Shown: positions 41,601 through 52,811 of the stretch, in pieces
Numbering within the stretch: the first letter of the stretch is position 1
Layout: each line of letters opens with the position of its first letter
NCBI GenBank assembly: GCA_001179505.1
Contig: CDMY01000581.1
Coordinates: 124,001 to 188,000, forward strand
Length of the DNA: 64,000 bases
DNA from: Vitrella brassicaformis CCMP3155
Taxonomy: Eukaryota > Protista > Chromerida
Direction: 5' to 3'
Translations under genes and position numbers: made by a program
Notes under the pieces: model-generated
Database searches by the model: none
What the model saw: only the letters and a program-made list of their open reading frames with translations
Told to the model about the DNA's origin: nothing

Positions 41601-44600
41601 ACAGGATCGCACACCGTAAGCAAAGCAAGCACACCGCTGCGCTGCACTAGGGTCTGTCTGTGTACTGTCTTGTCTTGCCGTGTGTGTCTGTGCTGTGGTC
41701 TGTGCAGCTGACATGTGGCCGTCCTACTCTGAGCCGTCAGACCTGTCGTCGGCGTACAAGTACCCCCTCTGGCACCAGTGCAGCAGAGCCAAAGACCTTC
41801 ACACCATCTCGTTCGACCCACTCACTGGCTGCTGGCAGGTCACCCAACAAACACCACACCAACACACCTGCACCGAACCCCCACTAATGAGTGATCCCTG
41901 TACAACGTGTGTGTGTGTGTGTTCAGATAAGGGTGGAGCGGTCTGATGGCGGAAAGGGGTCAATGCGGGTTCGTGCATCGAATGGGCCTGACTGGGGGGC
42001 GCTGCCGAGCCCGCACCTCGCACGAAGGGTCACACACACGCACACACACACACATATACTCACGGCGGGCGACCCATGGATATATGCCGTTTTCATTCAT
42101 TGCTTGTGTTGGGGTGTGACCTGATCTTGTCTCATTCATTCATTCGTCATGCAGTCGTGGCTGCTGTATGATGACGCCTCGCGGGCGAGCCCGGCATGCA
42201 AGTACTTCCGCGTCTACACTAAACAAGGTAGGTAGAAACAAACAAACCGACCGACGGCCACGCATGAGCCTTGCTTGACACACCGTCAATCACATTGGTG
42301 TGTGTGGGCTCTGTTCTGTTCGTTCAGCTTACATTCCCCCCGACACCGTCACGGTGGCCAGGTCCGCCCACAGTGCAGAGCCCGCCAAGTGAGCCACCCA
42401 CACCATACATACCCATGGATGGAGGCACACATCGATCAGAGAAATCAATGCCATTATTCTCTGTGTGTGTCTGTGCATCCATTGTGTGGACAGCTTCCTC
42501 GGGGACTATGCGCTGCAGCCGGAGACTTTCTCCGGTCGGCCTCTGTACCGCCAACTCCACCTGGGCGTCGGCGAGATCGGCTCCACTCGTCTGTATCTGT
42601 TCTTCGAGCCGTGTCTGGGAAACTGGTGCCTGGGCAAGACACCAGGGGATCAGCTGCTGTACGGCACATCAGGACCTGACTGGTCTGGTGGGGGGTTGGG
42701 TGGGGTGAAGGAACGAACACACGAATGCATTTACTTGCACATGTGGGTGCTGGTGGTGTGGTGTGGTGCTGGCTGGCAGGCTGGCCTTTGGTCCTGACCG
42801 CATTCAGCGTCCCTGGATGGTGGTGGCTCCTAGCGGGGGATGGCAATGCGACCCGGACCTCAGGGTCGCCATACGTAAGAAGAGGGCACACTACACGCAC
42901 ACGCACGCACGCACGCACGCNNNNNNNNNNNNNNNNNNNNNNNNNNNNNNNNNNNNNNNNNNNNNNNNNNNNNNNNNNNNNNNNNNNNNNNNNNNNNNNN
43001 NNNNNNNNNNNNNNNNNNNNNNNNNNNNNNNNNNNNNNNNNNNNNNNNNNNNNNNNNNNNNNNNNNNNNNNNNNNNNNNNNNNNNNNNNNNNNNNNNNNN
43101 NNNNNNNNNNNNNNNNNNNNNNNNNNNNNNNNNNNNNNNNNNNNNNNNNNNNNNNNNNNNNNNNNNNNNNNNNNNNNNNNNNNNNNNNNNNNNNNNNNNN
43201 NNNNNNNNNNNNNNNNNNNNCACGCACGCACGCACGCACGCCACCCTGTTGCTTTGCCTCACCCTTTGTCTATCTGTCTGTGTGTCTGTCTGTCAGCATC
43301 AGCCACCACGGGCCCATTGCTCGTGGCCGTATCGGCCCCGACATCGCCCTACCTCGCTGGCCAGTACCGAAGACTGAGAAAGACCCACAACAGCCGACCA
43401 GCCTACCAGATGATGAAGAGCGTCGCAATCACACCTCTCCAACCACAGCCGTCATCCCCATCTGCCGCCCCCGCCCCGGCCGCTACCCACACACCAGCTG
43501 CCAAGGACGACTGCGTGGGTGCGAGGAGGGACCGTGATCGAGAAGCCACTTCATGCCCGCCATCCAAAGAAGGCAGGAGCGCCTCGTCTCGTGGCAGCCA
43601 CGAAAACAAGACAGCAGACACGGCACCAACTGCGGCACCAGCCCCTCTGCCGACAGATGGGTCGGTCGTCACATTCGCCATCCGACCAATGGCCGGCCCC
43701 CCTGCCTGCGGCCTGAGCGTTGATAGCGAGCAAGAGGAGGCGGACGAGCCCACAGAGATGAACAGCGAGAAGAGGAAGACAGCACAAGAGGACGACATGG
43801 CGGATGACACCGACAGCGGCAGCGACTCCGAGTGGGTGTCCTTCCCGCCCCCACTGCCAGCCATCTTCCTCCCCGACAGCGACGATTCGGCCGCCGCCGA
43901 GAGTCTCCGGACGGGCGTGGGCGCGCGCATCTTGACGCTCGCCATGCGTCGAAGGAAGGCCAAAAAGGCCAAGAAGGCGACATCGGCGCGGACGGGTACA
44001 CAGCAGCGGTCCCACGACGGGTCGACCTATCGCCGGCTGACCACACGGGCGGAGGACTTGTCCCGTCTGTATTCGCTCAACGTGCTGCCTCCATGTGACG
44101 ATCCAGGTGCGAGCGGTGGGCGTGCCAGCACCAGTGTTCCATTCCCTTACGAGGAGGGCCGGAAGAGTACCCATCCCCCGACAGTCTCGGGGTGTGACGG
44201 CTCCCTTGGGACTCGTGCGGCCATGGAGCGGCTGTCACTGATGCGCTCTCGACACGTCAAGGACGCCCCAGCGTCTCCCCGGGCAGTGGCTGCGTCGTTA
44301 ACCGATGCGTCGCGAGAGGAGGGCGGGGGAGCGGGTGAGCGGTTCCTCTACTTCGACTCGCAGTCAGGGTACTGGCTCATGTCCGACACCATGGGGGATT
44401 GCTATTATCCCGACGCTGAGACGGGACGAGACTGGTAAGTGTGGTAAAGACTAGAATAACACCTGTCTTTCTCTATGTGGATGGATGGATGGACGGATGG
44501 TTGCAGGGGCGCCATGAGCCCTGACAGGGTCACCATGGGGTGGCGGGTGTACAAGTCGGACGCTGACGCGTGGGAAGAGGCACCATCACTCAAAGTCGTC

Positions 44601-47592
44601 GCAATTCCTACCGGTGGGTATGTATGTGTATGTATCTGTCCGACCCACCCGATATATTCGATTCATCCGTCCGTCGGTGTGTTTATGTATGTCGATGTGT
44701 GGTGTGTGTGATGCAATCAGCGCTGGAGATGTACCCGCAGCGTCTCGTGGTGTCAGGCTGTCCCAGAGACGCCGACGCCGGCCCATTCGTCGACCTCAAC
44801 GGTGTCTACGTCCTCCTCCCCTCTCTCCACAACTGCCGCCCCCGATGGCAGCGAATCGGACACCTGCCCGCACGCAAGAAGCGCGCTGGACATGTCGATT
44901 TACTCACGCACAACAGCAATGGCGATGGGCCCTCAGCGCCACGCGAGAGGGCGTCGGCGCCCACCACACCGCGGCCTTCATCTTCGACGGCTCCGCGTGA
45001 GCGGCATCAGGCCCTGCTGCATTTCCGCATTACGGGCGGCCTCACTTGGTGTCTGAGCGTCGTGACGAGGAGTTCGGAGGGTGGCGACATCCAGCAAGTG
45101 GCCGATTGGGTGGTGCCCGACAATCCTGACATGTAAGCAAGTCCTGACGCGGAGGATACATACAAGAGACAGACACACGAAGCGACTGATAGATATATGA
45201 GGCAAACAAAGAGCACGCCATGGACTGGCTGTTTCTCTCTATATATATGTGCAGGGCGGTGCTGGATCCCTCCTGTGTCCGATCGTGGCGTGTGTTTTCA
45301 CCGTCCATCAGTCGCTACACCCGGAGCCGCTTCATACGCATCTCCGCGCAGCGCTCCGACCGACCCAGCACAAGCATCAGCACCGCCGTCACACCTGGCC
45401 CGGCCAAAGCCAAACACGCCAAGGGAACGAGTAGAGAGCGGACTGACAGAGACAAGGCTGCGACGCTTCCACCATCGTCGACGGCGTCGGGGACGCACTG
45501 GTGTGACCTCTTCAAGATGCGGCTGCCAGACCCGACCACCACCACCGGATCGACTGTGTCTGCCGTGCCGTCATTCGCCGGCTCACTCGACGACTTGCCC
45601 GCCCCGCCCACCGACCATCAACTGGTCTTCAGAGGTGGAGGGGAGACCCCTCCTGCGGCCCCACCGATGGTGAGGCGTGCGCGGCGGTCTCTGNNNNNNN
45701 NNNNNNNNNNNNNNNNNNNNNNNNNNNNNNNNNNNNNNNNNNNNNNNNNNNNNNNNNNNNNNNNNNNNNNNNNNNNNNNNNNNNNNNNNNNNNNNNNNNN
45801 NNNNNNNNNNNNNNNNNNNNNNNNNNNNNNNNNNNNNNNNNNNNNNNNNNNNNNNNNNNNNNNNNNNNNNNNNNNNNNNNNNNNNNNNNNNNNNNNNNNN
45901 NNNNNNNNNNNNNNNNNNNNNNNNNNNNNNNNNNNNNNNNNNNNNNNNNNNNNNNNNNNNNNNNNNNNNNNNNNNNNNNNNNNNNNNNNNNNNCCTGCGG
46001 CCCCACCGATGGTGAGGCGTGCGCGGCGGTCTCTGGACGAGAGCAAGCTCGTGCGTGCTTCCGTCCCTCTGCCCGGCTCGAGGCGACAGAGCTCTGCAAG
46101 CGACCAGAGCCCGCTGAAGGTCGGGAGGTTGGTTTGCGAGGAGGGCAGGCGAGCATCAGAGACCACTGAAGGCCTCAGTCTGACCGTGGCGAACCTGGGG
46201 ACATGGACCATTGACATGGAGGCACCCAATCCGAAGCGGCAGAAGCTGGCGGCGACGACTCATCGACGGCCCAGTGAGGAGGGGGAGCCGGGGCTTCACC
46301 GTGTTGCTCGCACCGCCGCCCTGTCGATTGCCATCCCTCGAGCAGCCCTCGTGGAATGCCATCCCGACCTGATCAACCGAACAACCACCGCTGGTGCGGA
46401 CGGGGACGGGGAACATGCGCTTCTGCCCATCGAGGTGCACCTGGAGTCATCTCGGCGACCAGACAGCCGAGTGTGGCACACCGAGGCCGCTGGCGGTGTG
46501 TCTGGTGATGGCTATGGGTTCGCTCCTGGGACCTATCACCAGCTTTGCAGCCAGCTGCTGAGTGGAAAAGTGTCTCCCAGCCCCTCCGCAGGTGGTTCGA
46601 CGGTGCTATGTCAGCAGGGCCTCGAGGGCAAGCCTGACGGCTTCCTGCCGACCGACCCGCCGCCATTCGACCCCGCACCTGCCAAAGAGCGTGAGCAGTA
46701 TTCTGCGGTATGCGGTGAGTGTGACGGGTCGTCACCTGCTGCCAGCTCGGCGTCTGCGTCTGCCAGCTCACTGTCTGTGGGTCCAGAGATATTGCAGCAC
46801 GCTCCCGAGTGGATGCCGCACCAGCTGCCGGGCGACCGCTTCTTCTCACGGTCGTCTGGATTACCGCGAGACGCGCAGGACGATGATGCGGCGGCATTGT
46901 GCGATGCAGTTCGTATCTGTGGCGTCAGCAGCAGAGCAACAAGGGAGGCCGTGCGGAGGGCGCTCGTGGACGCCTTGGGCGGCGAGGGCGACGTGTATGT
47001 CGACGGCGGCCCTTACGTGGTGGACGGCCTGGACCGTCCTCGCGCCGCAGGTGGGGTGCTGGACCAGCCTGCTGCAGCTCTCCTCCCCGCCACAGCCGCG
47101 GAGACAGCGGCCCTGCCCGACCGTGGTGGTGCTTCTTCCTCTGCACATGGTGCCATCTACGGGCGGCACACGTCGGGTGATGAGGAACTGCCTGGGAGTC
47201 GCCTCACGTCCATCGAGTATGATGATGAGGATGGCGGATGTTCTAACGCATGGATACGGAACGTTACTGCCATGGAGGAGACGGATGACGTCAAGCACGT
47301 GATGGACGTCATCATCTGCTATCGCGAGCCGTGTCACGCCGCTGCCCTGATGACCCGCCTGTGGGCCATCATCGCGGGCTCATCCACCAACCTGCCTCCC
47401 ACCCCAGGTTACCTCGTGTTGGGGGCGGTCGATGCCGACCAGTGTCACGATGCCTCGGAGGCATCTTGGCTCTCACAGGTGCATGCTCTTCGTCCCTACA
47501 TCGCACCCGGTGAATGCGTGGTCATGACAATCGAACACGGCAGCCTGTTGGATTCTCAGGATAGATACCTTGGCCGATCCCCCTCGCCCTGA
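35684..47592 (+). CDS. Giant multi-exon protein: MATH domain + degenerate USP (USP7-like) domain + four repeats + SET-like C-terminus; could be more than one gene
   Basis: MATH: YEVSVINFKDPSRTI..WTF..VVGFSGVID..EGFLSEEGSLVIRLW. USP-like boxes: TDYLAVLMETLL, APPVLCLF, DRLDLSPWL, YLLHGLL..KYYAFI, WLRMYDG, WGLIYAR. Exons run on the + strand across two gaps. Confidence 0.78.
42921..43220. other. Assembly gap (300 N) flanked on both sides by (GCAC)n microsatellite
   Basis: Exactly 300 N; both flanks read CACGCACG..., consistent with a break in an intronic repeat. Confidence 1.
45694..45993. other. Assembly gap (300 N), probably spurious because the flanks overlap by 42 nt
   Basis: 45652-45693 is identical to 45994-46035. 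Confidence 0.95.
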
Positions 47593-48276
47593 CATTGGCG
47601 TCATCTGTCCTCTCTCTCTCTCTCTCTCTGTGTGTGTCGCTCCCGCGCCTTGTGCGGGTGTTGACTTGGGCTCACTTGTACGTACGTACCTTATTTGCTG
47701 TGCAGCATAGCTCAGGTGTGTGGGCGTGTGTGTGTGTGTGTTGGGGGGGGGGAGAGGGGGGTTCTTCCTTCAGGGGGGTTCTTCCTTCCTCCCTTGATCG
47801 CTTTCTGTGTAGCGTTTTGCGTTTCGGCCCACCAGCTACGTAGCCATGTGCATCCCTCCCATCCAAATGTGACCACCGACTGATGCATCCGATGGGACAC
47901 GTCAAGTGCGATGAGGACAAGAGAAGCGCTGTCTGTCTGTCTGTTTGGTTCGATCGGCCGATGGATGCGATAAAATGCGATGCGATGCGATGCGAGCAGG
48001 GTGCTGGCTGGCTGATGCGGGTAAGGTGGCTGGCTGGTGAAGTTTTTTTAACATAGACAGACAGGACCGGTCGGGCCGGCTGCATCGTCATTTGCACGCA
48101 GCTCCTGACTGAGTGAAAGGAGAGAAACGAAACCCACCGGCCCGGCGGCTGCTACACCCTAGCTAGGGTAATAATGTCAATTGTCTGTCCACACGTACAC
48201 CACACGCTGTGCTGTTGGCCATCTACCATACCTGCGGGAGAATGAAATGTGCGGCTCGTGTCTTGTCTCGCTTCGT

Positions 48277-51200
48277 TCAGCAGAGCCCGCAGAGCCAGCC
48301 ACACGACTTGTTGACCTTCTCTACGCCCTCCATCACCCGACCTGCCTGGTCCAGCACCTCAGCGGCCTGGCCTGCAACGTCACCCGTCACTGCACACACA
48401 CACGCACACACAGATGCACAGACAGACAATTGCACTCTTAGGGGGAGACAGACACGGTTAGACCTTCTTTGTCTTCGAGGCTCCTCAAGTTCTCCGCCGC
48501 CAAGTTCATCTTGCCCAAGTTCTCTGCAAAAGGGTCAATCGACAAACAAGCGTGTCTGTCGTGTGGATGTGTCGATCGATCACACCATGAGGGCGTGTGT
48601 CTGTCTGTGTGCGTGTGTACGTTTCAGAGAGTCTTTGTCTCTGCCGCATTTGAGCCTGTCTGCCTCCGACAGGAGTGCATAGCTCTTGAGCGCCACCCAG
48701 TTGGCCGTCCTCGAGTCATACTTGAACTTCTTGAAGAAGTTGTTCTCCCTCAGCCCGTTGACTAAAGGGACAAGGAGAGAGAGAGAGGGATGGAAAACAT
48801 AACTTACTGTGTGGGGTGGGGGATGGGATGGGTGTGTGTGGGGTGGACTGGACGTACTGAGGAAGTCCTGCTCCTGGGAGGTGAGAAAGGGCTCATTGGC
48901 ATAGGCCATGAAGGCCTCGTCGTCTTGTTGCTAAACCCACACATACACCGATGTGCGGAGAGAGACACAAACGTGCCCACGCACCGCACGCCGACGGCAG
49001 CGCCGGGCTGTCTGTCTGTTGTCGACTGACCGTGTATGCCTTGAAAATCTTCTTGGTCTGGTCGAGGACGTCCCCCACGTCCGCGAGGCCCTCGAAGCTC
49101 ATGAGGGTCTTGCCCAGCTTGGCGGCTGAGAGCCCCATTTTGAGCCACTTCGCACACACATAGATGAGATGCATAGGTGAACAGATGACCACCCTCTCAT
49201 CGCCCCTCGCTGATTCGTTGACCCACTCACCTTGGACCACTCCTTGCTCTCGATTTCATATTCGAATTCACTCTCGTCTCCGCCCACGAGATCCATCGTC
49301 AGCTCCTTGTAGGGACACTGGAAGTGAAGCTTGATCACCTGCAGATGGATGCGATGCAGACACACAAGGGCAGACAGCTGAGTGGCTGGCTGGCTGGCTG
49401 GCTGACCTTCTGGATGAGGTATTTTTCCTGCACGGTGAACTTGTAGGGTGTGGGGAGTTTCTTGGCCACCTCGGCCACAAAGTCTTTCAGCTCATTCAGA
49501 TTCTCATCCAGATACTTCTTGAGCGAATCAAAGTCCTGTCAAACACCGCGCAGCCACGCAAGCAAGTATCAACCAATGAGACACGTACTCACTCACCAGT
49601 CCGTCCACGACACTCACCTACTGTGGACGACAAAAGACAGCTAGCTACACTGCTGGCCTGGCCTGTCTGTTCTCAGCTCAGCGCGGTGTGTCGGTGTGTG
49701 GGTGCAGGTGTGGGTGGTGCGCTCTGTGTGTGTGGTCTCTGGTCTGTGCCGCAGGCCACGTCCTTGACGTCCCTGGTGCTGACCTGGCAGGCCTCCTTGA
49801 TCTTGGCATTTTGTTCCTCGATCTGCTTGGCGAAGTTGCGCAAGGTGCGGCCCTCGTACTCGTCCACAAAGGCTATCGCCACACTGTCAACCTGTACCAT
49901 GGTCGGACACACGCAGGGACGAACGGTGTGTGTCTGTTACTTCAAGTTCACTCTCTCTGGGAGTGGTGCACCCTCATCGTCCGTCCCATTTACCCCGTAG
50001 GGGCCCTTGTGTGTGGTGAGCTTCTGGATGTACTGAAAGTGCTCCTTGGTGATCAAATCCTTGCTAACACTGACCGATCCGATTCACCAAAAGGGAGAAA
50101 CCATAGCATCCAGGCCACTCTTCATTCATTGACAGCCTACTCTACTCACTTACCGGAAAACGGCTGTGCTCTCAATAATGAAGGTCGACAGAATCACATC
50201 CTTGCTTGGCGACTTCAGACAGACAGACACCCACACACAGCACAGACAGACACTGATGTATATATGTCAGCCTGGCTCAACCAACCCATTCGATTGCGTA
50301 CGTACGTTCTTGATGGTGTCGAGGATGGCCTTAGAGTAGTTGAGTGCCTCGCCCAGGTTGCCCTGCGCCGCCAGGCCCTGCACCAGCCCCTTGCAAATGG
50401 CCATCAGACCCATGTCCACTCCCGCGCGCATGTCGCTGCCCGTCTTGGCAGGGAACCCCTTGAACGTGTTCCAGTGCGGCGTGATCTTGTCGGGCGCGAT
50501 GCGGGCCATGCCGGCAAACGACTCTCCAATCACCGAGAACCACGCCAGGCCTGCAGTGCAGCCGCCCGTATACAAACAAATGCTTGGGTGTGCGGGGTGT
50601 GGGGTGTGGCTGCGTGTCTCACCCACCCACCGTATGTGGAGGTGGATGCCTTCTTGACCAGCTCGACTGCCTGATCGATGTACTGCAGGGCCACGTCGGG
50701 TTTGTCCTCAGCACAGTGGCTTAGGATCTTGAAAAGGTTTCCGAGGGATGCTGTCGGACACACACACGAACACAAACCACACACACGGCACAGGAAGGAG
50801 TGACACATACGAGGATCGGATCGTCAGGCGTTATGGTCTTTTCCTCTTGGCATACACTGCATGGGGTCCTTCTTGACAGCGGCAAACGTCAAGTCCATCC
50901 CGCGAGTCGTGAACAGAGACGCCTTGCCCTGTGCGGTCGCAAATCACGAACACATCTTGTTGCTTGCAGCATGGTGTGGCGTGTGTCCAGCCAGCTACAC
51001 AACTAACTAAGGGCGCTGTGCGGACCTTTGCGGTGATGGAGCATGCCTGCAGTGCGCTCACAAGGCCATAGATGGCGCTGGGCGGGATGCTCGCCGACGA
51101 CTCCATGACGTCCAACAGATCATCAACGTCAACACCAGATGTGGCCCCACTCTCCTGGGCGCCCTCCTGTGGCGGCTGCACACGCACACACACACAAACA

Positions 51201-52689
51201 CACAGACATCACACCCATCGTCCTGGGTGAGGTGACCCGCCCTGGTCAGTCACCTGCAGGTTTCCAAACATGCCAGCTGCCGACTGGCCGATGCTGTCGA
51301 GGTTGCCCTGCAGATACGGGAACTGCTTCTTCTGTTTGGGCGTCAGCTTCATCGACGATATCTTGAGGAACCGACACAGCAGCCCGGGGTTCTGTATCTT
51401 CTCCTTGGGCACAGACGGGGTCATGTCCATGGTGCTGAGGAGCGACACCAGGCCGTAAAGGATCTCCCCGTCGGCACCCATGTCGTACGAGGTGCCCTTG
51501 GAGAGCCGGTCGGCCAGGTGGCCGCAGCCCTCCATCACCCCGTCGGCCACGCACTCGAAGCCCTCAGTGCGGGAGTAGAGGGCCGTGGAGTACATGTTGA
51601 TGACGTACTCGGGCAAATCTGGGCACATGTTTGTGTGTGTGGACGTGATGTGGCAAGGAAGGGATGAAGGACGAGAGATGTGTTTGTGTGTGTGTGTGTG
51701 TGGGGGGGGGCACCTTTCATTGCAGCGCCGTAAGGGTGCGTGTAAAGGTCAAACATCGGTTTGACTCCCGCGGGCTCAAAGAAGAGATCCTACACACACA
51801 GCAACACAGACATACAGCGACGGAGACACACGAACATCCATCATAGACACGGCCGGCCCGCACCCTCCCAAACACACGCGGGGTACCTACCGGCATTGGC
51901 TGTTCGCTGCTAGCCTGGGTGAAGACCAGCAACACACCATTCTTCCAGGCTTCGACATATGGGTCCAACACATCCTCCCTGCCTTTGGGTGTGTCCAACT
52001 TCTGCACACCAGAGAGACACCCGTACACACACCACATGAGAGAGACACATCGATCCGTTCATGGAATGAATGAGACACATGTATGTCCGTGCAGTGCACA
52101 GCTCACCGGATCTTTCTGAAGTCTGGCCGCCACTTTGTCGCATATGGCGATGCAGGCATTGCAGCAGGCCTTCCATGCCGCCTCCTCGGGGGCACCGGCC
52201 GAGGGGAAAGACTTGCCCACACAGTACCCCACATACGTGTACGTGTCACCTGCATCGTTTGCAATGGTATACGCGCACTCCGTTGGGCCCCGCATTGCAG
52301 TGCGGTTTGTTGTGTGTATGCTCACTCTTGAGGTAGTCTAGCATGAAGGCCTTCTCCGCGGCCTTGACGACCACAATGAAGTCATCCCACGTGAGCTCGT
52401 CCTCGGACTGCTTGTTCTCGAGGGCCGCCTGGAGTGCGTAGAGGTAGTTGTAGGCATCGTGGGCCCTGGAGAGGTAGTCCTTCTCGCTCTTGCACACCCA
52501 GCTCGTGAAGTCAACTGCAGTGCACAAACAAACACACACCCCACACAAAGAAAGCCCCACTCACTCAATCTGCAGGTGTCTTCCCATCTGTGCACACTGT
52601 GTGTGGGGTGGCTCTTCATCACCGAATTTCTTGACAAGCGTGTCCTTCTCGTCCGACTCGAGCTCGGCGGTCTTCTGCAGGAACGCCAT
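48277..52689 (-). CDS. Large uncharacterised protein, ~17 exons: helical-repeat-like N-half, coiled coil, distinct C-terminal module and Cys-rich C-terminus
   Basis: Short exons with biased codon use, from MAFLQKTAELES... to ...VIKLHFQCPY..EYEI..W.K, EPFLTSQEQDFLVNGLRENNFFKKFKYD..NWV. The last exon ends KSCGWLCGLC*. Confidence 0.8.
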
Positions 52690-52811
52690 GTCGGCCCAGA
52701 AAGGCAGGCACACGTGCAAGCTTAGCTGGAGCCCCCAAAACCTCTGAACCCCAAACCCTGAGAAACGGTCGGACCTCTCTCCGGTGCTCTCTTTCTCGTC
52801 TTCGCTTGAGT

